Positions 28,244 to 35,997 of a DNA stretch of 64,000 nucleotides are shown in pieces. Position numbers and translations under genes: made by a program. This DNA is from Minisyncoccota bacterium (GTDB lineage Bacteria > Patescibacteriota > Minisyncoccia > Phycocordibacterales > UBA9973). Location: the NCBI GenBank assembly GCA_041659205.1, contig JBAZYS010000004.1, forward strand, positions 587-64,586. The letters are read 5' to 3'. The notes under the pieces were generated by a model. The model made no database searches. It was not told where the DNA came from and saw only the letters and a program-made list of their open reading frames with translations. Within the stretch, counting starts at the first letter, position 1. Each line of letters begins with the position of its first letter.

Positions 28244-28744
28244 TTAACAAGTAAACAAATTAAGATTTATTAAACGAAAAGTCATAGCTTTTTCACTAAC
28301 TTTATACATATCACATAGTGTCTTTATTTCTTTTTCTGAAATACCATGAGAGTTAAGTTTTTTTACATCTTCTTCTAAGAATTTTTTGGGCATTAAAAGA
28401 GCGGCAGCAAATTGATCTGCTTCAGTTTCTTTAAAATTTTTAATATCATTTTCTTTTAATTCCTTTCTGTAATCGACAAAAGTGTCGTCTTGTTGATGAA
28501 GGAAAAAATGTCCCAATTCATGAGCAATGCTAAATCTTTGTCTAACAGGTGCCTCATTATTGTTTATTCCAATTAGTGCATGTCCATCCTTTCTGATAAG
28601 CATTCCAGAGAATTCCTTACTTGGAGCACGGCTAATTTTAATCTTTTGAGCAATTGCAATTTCTTCTATTGGGACAGGTCTACTTTTAATATTTAAAGTA
28701 TCTAAAATCTCTTGTGTTTTTATTTCAATTTTCTGTGTGATCAT
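28244..28744 (-). CDS. ImmA/IrrE-family metallopeptidase (CapP-like)
   Basis: HEXXH motif HELGHFFLH. Directly downstream of, and co-directional with, the XRE gene. Confidence 0.8.
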   Translation of the reverse strand: MITQKIEIKTQEILDTLNIKSRPVPIEEIAIAQKIKISRAPSKEFSGMLIRKDGHALIGINNNEAPVRQRFSIAHELGHFFLHQQDDTFVDYRKELKENDIKNFKETEADQFAAALLMPKKFLEEDVKKLNSHGISEKEIKTLCDMYKVSEKAMTFRLINLNLFTC

Positions 28745-28750
28745 GATATA

Positions 28751-29107
28751 TTACTTTTTATTTTTAAACAGTCGCTCTGCCCATGCGGCAGCTTTTTCTC
28801 CTTTCTCCTGAGCAACTTTACGAATATCGACTTTAGTAATGGCGTATCCGTCTGGTAAGACGGGAAAAAAATCTTCAACTTCACAATTAAACAAAGTAGC
28901 CAATTTCCAAAGTGATACAGCTGAAACGTTATTCCTACCATTCTCTATATGTGTAACCGCTTCACGAGATATTTTTAAATGATCGGCAACTGTTTGAGCA
29001 CTAAGTCCAAGTGACCCTCGCAATTGCTTTATTGTCTTGCCAATTTCTTTTTTAATTTCATTGTCTGCGGCATCTCTATCGTCTATTGTAACTTTTTTCT
29101 TTTTCAC
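28751..29107 (-). CDS. XRE-family helix-turn-helix transcriptional regulator (CapH-like)
   Basis: HTH_XRE core LGLSAQTVADHLKISREAVTHIENGRNNVSAVSLWKLATLF. Confidence 0.8.
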   Translation of the reverse strand: MKKKKVTIDDRDAADNEIKKEIGKTIKQLRGSLGLSAQTVADHLKISREAVTHIENGRNNVSAVSLWKLATLFNCEVEDFFPVLPDGYAITKVDIRKVAQEKGEKAAAWAERLFKNKK

Positions 29108-29142
29108 ATGAAATAGGTAATGTTGATAATGCGGTCCAAGAT

Positions 29143-29187
29143 ATACCGACTGGTATTCTTTGTACCAAGGCTGGTACTATAAATACC
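29143..29187. promoter_or_regulatory. cluster of short palindromes (operator-like sites) in the divergent promoter region between the XRE regulator and the Ubl operon
   Basis: ATACCgactGGTAT (29143-29156), GTACCaaggctGGTAC (29162-29177), GGTActataaaTACC (29173-29187). Further GGTAT half-sites at 29215-29219. Confidence 0.5.
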
Positions 29188-29250
29188 AATTGATACATCT
29201 AGTAACCTTGCTATGGTATCAGGTTTGGGTGTAATATTCAAGTACGGTCA

Positions 29251-29547
29251 GTGGGCGCCGTATTTATTATAAAAGCCGACAGAATTAAATTTATGGTAGA
29301 CAATAATAAAAAAGAAAAGGATAGTGTCGTGGTTCACATTGATAAATCAGAATATCGTTCTCCTAATCCCACTACTGGTGTGGCGCTTTACGCTTTGGGA
29401 AACATCAATTCGGCCGAATATGATTTATATCAAGAGGTACCTGGTCACGGAGATGATAAACTAATACCTGCTGACACAACAGAGATTAAACTTAAAAATG
29501 GAGAACATTTTTACAGTGTTCAGAAAAAAATTAACCCAGGAGCATAA
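29251..29547 (+). CDS. ubiquitin-like beta-grasp protein of the multiubiquitin family (single domain; GTG start at 29251 or ATG at 29293)
   Basis: Pattern VHIDKSEYRSP...TGVALYALG...YDLYQEV...DDKLIPADTTEIKLKNGEHFYSV matches my recollection of multiubiquitin-domain proteins. C-terminus ...INPGA. First gene of a tightly spaced 4-gene operon with E2/E1/JAB. Confidence 0.55.
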   Translation: MGAVFIIKADRIKFMVDNNKKEKDSVVVHIDKSEYRSPNPTTGVALYALGNINSAEYDLYQEVPGHGDDKLIPADTTEIKLKNGEHFYSVQKKINPGA

Positions 29548-29550
29548 GCA

Positions 29551-29937
29551 ATGGCAGCAATAGAGTTACAAAAAGAGGACGCTTCGTACTTAGCTGAGAA
29601 AAGTTATCAGTATGAATTGTTCCCCGAGAATAACGAGTTGCATGTGATTATAAAGGAATTTCCGTTTCCAACTAGTTTATATTCGCCAAGTACAGCAGAG
29701 TTGTTGATTAAAATTCCACCAGGATATCCCAATACTCAATTGGATATGTTTTGGACTAATCCAGAAATCAAGAAAGTTGATGGTCAGGCTCCTGCAGCAT
29801 CTGAAACTCGTGAACAACATCACGGGCGTAGCTGGCAACGTTGGTCTAGACATTACGCGTCGGGGTGGCGACCTGGGATCGACGGACTAAGAAGTTTTAT
29901 TCAATCTATTAATGCCGAGCTACTAACGGGCAGATAA
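29551..29937 (+). CDS. E2/UBC-like protein (prokaryotic E2 family) with no cysteine in the predicted product
   Basis: 128 aa. Position in the operon (3 nt after the Ubl stop). IKIPPGYPNTQLDMFWTNPEI resembles the E2 HPN-loop region. Zero Cys residues in the translation. Confidence 0.45.
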   Translation: MAAIELQKEDASYLAEKSYQYELFPENNELHVIIKEFPFPTSLYSPSTAELLIKIPPGYPNTQLDMFWTNPEIKKVDGQAPAASETREQHHGRSWQRWSRHYASGWRPGIDGLRSFIQSINAELLTGR

Positions 29938-29941
29938 CAAC

Positions 29942-31327
29942 ATGGAATACAGCATATCTTTTAAAGAGGAAGACTATCAACGCCTCGTAGAGCATTTATT
30001 CTCTAATCGTACTACGGAATGCGCAGCATATCTTTTATGCGGTGTATCTAGGAGCGACACTGAGATACGCTTGCTTGTTCGTTCAGTTATTCCTGTAGAG
30101 GATGCGGATATTGAAGAATCTTCTCCTGTGCATATGAAAATAAGGTCGCTGTCGTATGTTCGCGCAATTAAACAGGCACGCAAGGCAGGTGAAGGATTTA
30201 TTTTTGTGCATTCGCACCCTAAAGAAAGCCCTCAGCATTCTAAGCAAGATGATATAGAGGAGGAAAAACTTTTCAAAACTGTTTATCAAAGAATTCCCGA
30301 TATGATACATGCTAGTTTGGTCTTATCGGAGCCATCACGATTTTCTGCACGTGTGTGGTTGGATGATGGGTCTAACATTCCAGTCAGTGTAGTTAGGTCA
30401 ATTGGGCATAGATTCCGTTTTTTTAGCAACCACGAAGACAAAAACCCTCATCCAGAATTTTTTGATCGGCAAATTAAAGCTTTCGGCAAAGACATACAAT
30501 CAACTCTTAACAAACTAAAGATTGGTATAGTGGGTCTTGGTGGAACTGGTTCAGCGGTGGCTGAGCAGCTTATTAGACTTGGAGTTGGTACCTTATATCT
30601 TTTTGATGATGATACCTTTGATTCTACAAATATAAATAGAGTTTACGGTTCACGTCTATCTGATACAAAAAAACTAAAGGTTGAGATAATACAACGCCTG
30701 GCTACGGAGATAGGGTTAGGGACTATCGTTAAAATTTTCAACAAAAAAATAACCTATCAGAGTGTTTTGCAAGATTTAAAAAAATGCGATATTGTTTTTG
30801 GTTGTACTGATGACAATTGGGGTAGGTCAATTTTATCTCGCCTCGCTGTCTATTATTTAATCCCAGTCATTGATATGGGCGTAAAAATAAACTCTAAAAA
30901 TAACGAGATAGTTTCTATCCATGGACGCGTGACTGTACTCTTACCAGACCATGCGTGTTTATTTTGCAGAGATCGCATTGATTCAGGTATAATGAGTACA
31001 GAAATTGCGGAAGCAACTAACCCTAGCGATGCGGCAACACGGAAGAAAGAAGGTTACATTCCGGAATTACCAGACAGTGCACCAGCGGTCATACCATTTA
31101 CCACAATAGTTGCAGCTACTTCAGTCAGTGAACTTCTGCATCGCCTCACAGGTTTTCTTGGTGAAGATCGAAAAACCAACGAAGTGATACATCTCTTTGA
31201 CCAGGAAAGAATCGGTAAGAATGCTCGTGCTTCTGAAAATGGATGTGTTTGTGGCGATAAAAATCATATTGCTCGTGGAGATGTCGATCCACATGCACTT
31301 GGATTAACATGGAGAAATGAAGATTAA
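29942..31327 (+). CDS. JAB/JAMM deubiquitinase-like peptidase fused to an E1-like (ThiF/MoeB) adenylyltransferase
   Basis: JAMM motif FVHSHPKESPQHSKQD (HxHx7Sx2D). E1 Rossmann IGIVGLGGTGS, DDDTFDSTNINR, FGCTDDNWGRS. Zinc motifs CLFC and CVCGDKNH. Confidence 0.85.
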   Translation: MEYSISFKEEDYQRLVEHLFSNRTTECAAYLLCGVSRSDTEIRLLVRSVIPVEDADIEESSPVHMKIRSLSYVRAIKQARKAGEGFIFVHSHPKESPQHSKQDDIEEEKLFKTVYQRIPDMIHASLVLSEPSRFSARVWLDDGSNIPVSVVRSIGHRFRFFSNHEDKNPHPEFFDRQIKAFGKDIQSTLNKLKIGIVGLGGTGSAVAEQLIRLGVGTLYLFDDDTFDSTNINRVYGSRLSDTKKLKVEIIQRLATEIGLGTIVKIFNKKITYQSVLQDLKKCDIVFGCTDDNWGRSILSRLAVYYLIPVIDMGVKINSKNNEIVSIHGRVTVLLPDHACLFCRDRIDSGIMSTEIAEATNPSDAATRKKEGYIPELPDSAPAVIPFTTIVAATSVSELLHRLTGFLGEDRKTNEVIHLFDQERIGKNARASENGCVCGDKNHIARGDVDPHALGLTWRNED

Positions 31328-31661
31328 AAAACTTTTTTACAATTGGTGGAATTCAGCTCGTTCTTTTAAATACAAGAAGGTTTATTTTGTTTCCTCTATA
31401 AATAAAATACCTGAAGGTAAATTAGAGAAACATATTTATATTGTATCTAAAGAAGGAAAAAATCTATGGGTGGTTATGGATTGTCCAAAAGGACATGACA
31501 GACGCATAGAGGTAAATTTAATGAAAAGCATTAAACCTTTCTGGGAAATACAACTTCAGAACGGTAAGCTTACATTATATCCATCCATAGTTGTTTCAGG
31601 AAAATCCTGTAATTGCCATTTTTGGCTAAGAGATAATAAAGTATACGATGCACACTGGTAG
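31317..31661 (+). CDS. small Cys/His-rich protein, probably DUF6527-like, the usual partner of multiubiquitin/E1/E2 operons
   Basis: Overlaps the E1 gene stop by 11 nt. CPKGHDRR...SCNCHF putative metal ligands. DUF6527 assignment is from memory. Confidence 0.45.
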   Translation: MKIKKLFYNWWNSARSFKYKKVYFVSSINKIPEGKLEKHIYIVSKEGKNLWVVMDCPKGHDRRIEVNLMKSIKPFWEIQLQNGKLTLYPSIVVSGKSCNCHFWLRDNKVYDAHW

Positions 31662-31704
31662 TTTTTGGAAATTAATATAAATTACAAGCAAAAAAACAAG
31701 AATA

Positions 31705-32076
31705 ATGAGTCCTGATTTTACAAAACAAATGGTAGATATGCTTTTAGGTTCCATACCAAAAGGAACAATTTGGGCTTTGCAATTTGTCTGGGATATCATT
31801 AAAACTTTCTTGTCGAATAACTTAATGGCTGTAACTATTATTCTTATTATTATCCTCATCTATGCAGTCCTTAGGGCTCTTATGGGAGATTGGTGGGTAT
31901 TAGGGAAAGTACTACATAAGTATTTATATTGGGGATCAGGGCTACTTATCGCCTTTATATGGGGTCCTGAAGTGTTTGCAGGCACTTATGTAGACATATG
32001 GTTATATATTCTATCTATAACTTGTTTTATCGTGGTTGGAGTAATTTTGAACAAAACAGGACTAAAAAGAATTTAA
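31705..32076 (+). CDS. membrane protein (3-4 TM) immediately downstream of the Ubl operon
   Basis: Hydrophobic helices. No known family. Confidence 0.4.
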   Translation: MSPDFTKQMVDMLLGSIPKGTIWALQFVWDIIKTFLSNNLMAVTIILIIILIYAVLRALMGDWWVLGKVLHKYLYWGSGLLIAFIWGPEVFAGTYVDIWLYILSITCFIVVGVILNKTGLKRI

Positions 32077-32119
32077 TTTCTCTTTTGGTTTTATTTTAAA
32101 TTTAATATAATTAATTGGT

Positions 32120-33472
32120 ATGAGTGAGAAATATTTAAAATCTCATCAATACTATATTGATCTTTACGATCGTGGTACCGTAGAGGTTTGTCGTAGGCTA
32201 GATAAGCCATCTCCTGAACCTGATAAAGAAGAACTTAAAGAAAAAAAGATAACTAGAAGACAAGCAAAAGTTTTAGATAAAGGTGTTCGAGATTGGATTA
32301 TTCATTTTCAAGCTGGTGAAAGATATCTTAAAAAAGACTCAACAATTCGTGAGTGGATGGATAGAGATCAAAAGAGAGATGAGTTATATGAAAATGCAGA
32401 AGCTCCTGAAGATATTCGCTGTCTTACTTGTCGTAACAAAATGAAACCGACATTTAAAGAACTCTGGTTAGAATCCGATAAACCAGATCGTGTTTTATTT
32501 ATGTACGATTGTCCTAATAAATGTTTACCGAGACGATCATTCTTTCATGATGGTGAAGAGTGGAGAACAAAACCACATCTTTGTATCCGTTGTAATTCTC
32601 CAGTCACCCAAACTTCAGAAGATGATGGTGTAAAAATGATTACTACTTCTACTTGTAAGAAATGTGGGCATATTGAGAAAGAAGAATATACATGGAGTGT
32701 TAAAAAAGAGGAAGATGGTCTCGATGAGAATTTTGCAGTTGATAGAGATCGTTTCTGTTTAAGCGATGAGGACGGTAAAAAGTTTCAGGATGAAAAATGG
32801 AACATGGAAAGTGCTGGTAAGTTCATGGAAGAGTGGAAAGAAAAAGAGAAAGCAAAAGAAGAAAAATTAAAACAAAATCCAAAGGGCTTTCATCTTGAGG
32901 GTGCAGGTTACACTTGTTTTATCTGTGGTGATAGTACTCCTGAGGGTGATAATTGGTACGACAAGTGGGGTATAAAATGTTTAGTCTGCCAAAAAGCAAT
33001 CGATGAGGGTGAAATACCACCTGCTTTGGCTAAATATCAAGACACTTGGTATACGAAGCATGACTTTGAATATTACTTTAATGTTAATCGTTTTGGTTTA
33101 CAAAAGTGGATTAAAAACGGAATATTAAGACCTAGGACAATCAGTCATTATGGTAAAGGCGAACATACACAAATCTTTCTTATGAAAGATAACAAAGGAC
33201 TATTGCCACCTAAAAAATTACTTAAAGGTCATTCAGTAAAAACAGTAGAAAAAGACGGCAAAGAATATACTCATATGGAAAAGTGGTATAGATTTGTTGA
33301 TCCTTTTAAATATCTTAAGAAATACAGAATTATGAGATATTTAAGAGTTGTTCCACCCGAAGAGGTAAAAGCAAAAGAAGAGGCAGAAAAGAAAAAACAG
33401 GAAGAAAAACAGGCACGTCGAGAACAGAGGAGACTTTTAAAACAAAAAATTAATCGTAAAAAGATAAATTAA
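32120..33472 (+). CDS. Lys/Glu-rich protein with six CxxC pairs (multi zinc-ribbon), hypothetical
   Basis: CLTCRN, CPNKC, CIRCNS, CKKCGH, CFICGD, CLVCQK. Strongly charged KE-rich N- and C-termini. Confidence 0.45.
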   Translation: MSEKYLKSHQYYIDLYDRGTVEVCRRLDKPSPEPDKEELKEKKITRRQAKVLDKGVRDWIIHFQAGERYLKKDSTIREWMDRDQKRDELYENAEAPEDIRCLTCRNKMKPTFKELWLESDKPDRVLFMYDCPNKCLPRRSFFHDGEEWRTKPHLCIRCNSPVTQTSEDDGVKMITTSTCKKCGHIEKEEYTWSVKKEEDGLDENFAVDRDRFCLSDEDGKKFQDEKWNMESAGKFMEEWKEKEKAKEEKLKQNPKGFHLEGAGYTCFICGDSTPEGDNWYDKWGIKCLVCQKAIDEGEIPPALAKYQDTWYTKHDFEYYFNVNRFGLQKWIKNGILRPRTISHYGKGEHTQIFLMKDNKGLLPPKKLLKGHSVKTVEKDGKEYTHMEKWYRFVDPFKYLKKYRIMRYLRVVPPEEVKAKEEAEKKKQEEKQARREQRRLLKQKINRKKIN

Positions 33473-33482
33473 ATAATCCACT

Positions 33483-33801
33483 GAAATGCTGGCAATAGTT
33501 TCGAAGTACTATTTAAATACTACTTCTTGGAACGTTGAGAGAGAGCGCTTGCCGCAGCCGATTTCTCGTCTTTGGTAGCTCTCGGATCTTTCAACACCTT
33601 AGCTGCTTCAGAAGCAACTTTAGCACTGGTTCTTCTAGACATAAATTATATCTGTTAGTTGTTTTGATAATTAGGAAGCTCGACCTTTGTTCACTTCCCC
33701 GAACAATCGCCTTATTGGAAAGCAACTGTTCAGGAAGGACAAAGGTGAGTAGAACCTAACCAATACAAAACCCGGGGCACCATTTTTATTGCCAGCATTT
33801 C
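33483..33801. repeat. GC-rich ~320-bp module flanked by perfect 15-bp inverted repeats, at the right edge of the island
   Basis: GAAATGCTGGCAATA (33483-33497) / TATTGCCAGCATTTC (33787-33801). Contains a 40-codon minus-strand ORF and a long imperfect hairpin (CCTTTGTTCACTTCC ... GGAAGGACAAAGG). Confidence 0.5.
33520..33642 (-). CDS. small basic hypothetical protein (40 aa), not in the ORF track
   Basis: ATG at 33642 to TAG at 33520, MSRRTSAKVASEAAKVLKDPRATKDEKSAAASALSQRSKK. High GC relative to surroundings. No clear RBS. Confidence 0.25.
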   Translation of the reverse strand: MSRRTSAKVASEAAKVLKDPRATKDEKSAAASALSQRSKK

Positions 33802-33977
33802 AAAGGACTAATTGATACAATATATCATAACTTACAAGTTTTACCCTTAGCCTTAGGGACTGTCACTTTTGTCACTTTTTGAGGTGCTCGAGATGCGTCG
33901 TTTTGGTATAATAAAAGGGTTAAAAATAACATTACAGGGTAAGGAACTGATTGGTTCTAACTCGAGTCTCCCAGCTT

Positions 33978-35348
33978 ATGTCAATAGAAGGAATAAAAAA
34001 ATTTTACGCTGTCCCAGATGAATCAAGGATTCCTAAAGAACAAAAGGATCAAGTAATGGCGCAGGTAAAAAAACTCGAAGAAACATTAGAACGGTTGTTT
34101 CCAGTACCATGCTCCTATGGTAAATGTGAAGTCGGTCAGTATTCTGGCCTAACAATTGTAGATCGCTTAATTGATACAGATGAAACTACAATAGGTGTCC
34201 CTCAGGGAGAAGCAAAAAATCGACTTACAAAAGAAGCAGATTTGGCCATAAAAGAAAATTGTCCATTGGTATTGGTTGGTATATATGGAACACCTAGACA
34301 TTTAGACAAACCAGAAATGAATAAAGCTCAACTTTCTGACATGTCTGCAATCATGATGGTGCAAGCAGCTATGGATAGGGTATATTCAGCTCATCTGCCT
34401 GGAGCAAAATATCGTGCTATTGATGAGGACTTAACTGCTCTTTGGTTGGACATTGCGCAACACCCTTCAGGAGAGAGGGGGGCAGAAAATTTTAAAACAA
34501 TATATAAAAAATACTTTGATGATAGGGAACGTTTAATTTGTACTCTTGAAAAAGAGGGCCTTCTTAATACTGGTAATACTAAAATTGAGTTACTATCTGA
34601 AGCAGATTTATACGGACAAGTATGGAAAAAGAAAGGCTCACTTTATTTACCACCGCAAGAAGATTTTTTGACGAAATGTGAAACAATTAGACCTCATATT
34701 TTAAACTATTTAATTTCAAACACTGAAATTTTACAGAAATTTTATGGAGAAAATGATAAACAATGGATAAAATCAGAAGAAGATCCAGATCTATGGAAAA
34801 AATGCCAAGAGACGATAAAGGGAACAGATGAATATAATAAAGCACTTACAGTGGCTGGATGGCAGGGCTTCATTCCACCTGAAATGATGAAATATTATCT
34901 AGAAAAGTTTAGATGCATCCTCGGCAATGCTACATTTAAGGCCAATGATCCGAAATTACTTTTTCATATAGCAACCTACCTTTCATCTACATTGGCAAAA
35001 CGTCACGCTGGAACACTAACTGAAGGAGTTCCAGCAGGTAGCCCAATTATACGTGTACCACTTGTACGTCCTCCTACGGGAACGCCTCCTTCATTTCAAT
35101 CCCTGGTTCCTTTACGTACATTACCTAAACCTAAAGGCAATATGGACAAGAGGCTAAGCAGTACAAATAGAGCAGCATGGCTTAGTGTTGCTGTACAAAA
35201 TGCTAACAAACTTAGATTGGTCGATACATCAAAAGTTACGGACTTGCCAGAAGAATCAGTAATTCCTGTGCAAATTTATGTAGTAGGACCAGACAATGGT
35301 CTAGGTTCTTATTTAGTAGACACAGCGATAGTTTTGTCAGACTTGTAA
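33978..35348 (+). CDS. hypothetical protein (the track start at 33951 lies inside the tRNA-like repeat; the ATG at 33978 is more plausible)
   Basis: Long ORF with no recognised motifs. Begins right after the attR-like repeat. Confidence 0.45.
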   Translation: MSIEGIKKFYAVPDESRIPKEQKDQVMAQVKKLEETLERLFPVPCSYGKCEVGQYSGLTIVDRLIDTDETTIGVPQGEAKNRLTKEADLAIKENCPLVLVGIYGTPRHLDKPEMNKAQLSDMSAIMMVQAAMDRVYSAHLPGAKYRAIDEDLTALWLDIAQHPSGERGAENFKTIYKKYFDDRERLICTLEKEGLLNTGNTKIELLSEADLYGQVWKKKGSLYLPPQEDFLTKCETIRPHILNYLISNTEILQKFYGENDKQWIKSEEDPDLWKKCQETIKGTDEYNKALTVAGWQGFIPPEMMKYYLEKFRCILGNATFKANDPKLLFHIATYLSSTLAKRHAGTLTEGVPAGSPIIRVPLVRPPTGTPPSFQSLVPLRTLPKPKGNMDKRLSSTNRAAWLSVAVQNANKLRLVDTSKVTDLPEESVIPVQIYVVGPDNGLGSYLVDTAIVLSDL

Positions 35349-35363
35349 TAAGTTTCAAAATAT

Positions 35364-35723
35364 ATGACACAAGAAGAGCAATATTTGCCAGAAGATCAAG
35401 AATTACTTGATGAGCTAGAAGCCATTAATCCACTTTCCACAGGACAGGCACTGGAGGAGCAGAAGAAACGAATTCAAGTTATTGAAATTAAAGCATTATT
35501 AAAGAGTAGAAAAAGTGCTGATACTTTTAGTAAAACAACAACAAGATTTTCTATAATAATTGCGGTATTTACGCTAATCCAAATAGTAATTGCTTCTATG
35601 CAATTTACTGTAAGCATTTTAAGTGTTGAAAATAAATTATTAGGAATTTTTTTAGCAATTTCTTTTATTGTAATAATACTTTGGATTATACAAAAATCCA
35701 ATGAACTTTTAAAAGATAAATAG
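35364..35723 (+). CDS. hypothetical protein, acidic coiled-coil N-terminus plus 2 TM
   Basis: ORF track. Hydrophobic C-terminal half. Confidence 0.35.
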   Translation: MTQEEQYLPEDQELLDELEAINPLSTGQALEEQKKRIQVIEIKALLKSRKSADTFSKTTTRFSIIIAVFTLIQIVIASMQFTVSILSVENKLLGIFLAISFIVIILWIIQKSNELLKDK

Positions 35724-35740
35724 TTTATATAATAAAAACA

Positions 35741-35986
35741 ATGAAGAAAATATTTAAAATAATATTACCCATAATTCTTCTAGCGATAATTTTATTGCCG
35801 TTTTCTACATTTGCTAAAAGTCTATATTATAAAAATATTTTTGGTTCGAAAATTCATGTTCCAGTTCAGGCACAAATTATACCAAAAGGGGCATCTGCAC
35901 AATGCAGAAACGGAAAGTATAGTTTCAGTGTGACAAGACGTGGTACTTGTTCAGGTAACGGAGGAGTAAAAATATGGTATAAATAA
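35741..35986 (+). CDS. small secreted DUF3761-like protein
   Basis: Signal peptide. C-terminal ASAQCRNGKYSFSVTRRGTCSGNGGVKIWY matches the DUF3761 pattern (C..G.YS.S..R.G.CS.HGGV..W). Confidence 0.55.
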   Translation: MKKIFKIILPIILLAIILLPFSTFAKSLYYKNIFGSKIHVPVQAQIIPKGASAQCRNGKYSFSVTRRGTCSGNGGVKIWYK

Positions 35987-35997
35987 ATTTAAACATT

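Larger units (their letters stand above)
19646..33975. mobile_element. ~14.3 kb integrated island at the 3' end of tRNA-Gln. It carries R-M, a serine recombinase, phage-like and ubiquitin-like-conjugation genes. The right boundary is marked by a partial direct repeat of the tRNA 3' end.
   Basis: agtctcccagc (11/11) within an 18/25 match to the tRNA-Gln T-arm/acceptor at 33953-33975. The gene content between is accessory and phage-like. The recombinase is at 24096..25415. Confidence 0.6.

Noticed and set aside
33535-33759. 74-aa + strand ORF in the IR-flanked GC-rich module
   Set aside because: Cys/Ser/Arg-rich low-complexity translation with no start context. The opposite-strand 40-codon frame is at least compact, though itself uncertain.
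19646-33975. Assigning the serine recombinase as the enzyme responsible for the tRNA-Gln 3'-end duplication
   Set aside because: Serine integrases use short (2-bp) crossover sites and do not normally create 20-25-bp tRNA-end duplications. The repeat is retained as a boundary marker, but the integrase responsible may have been lost.
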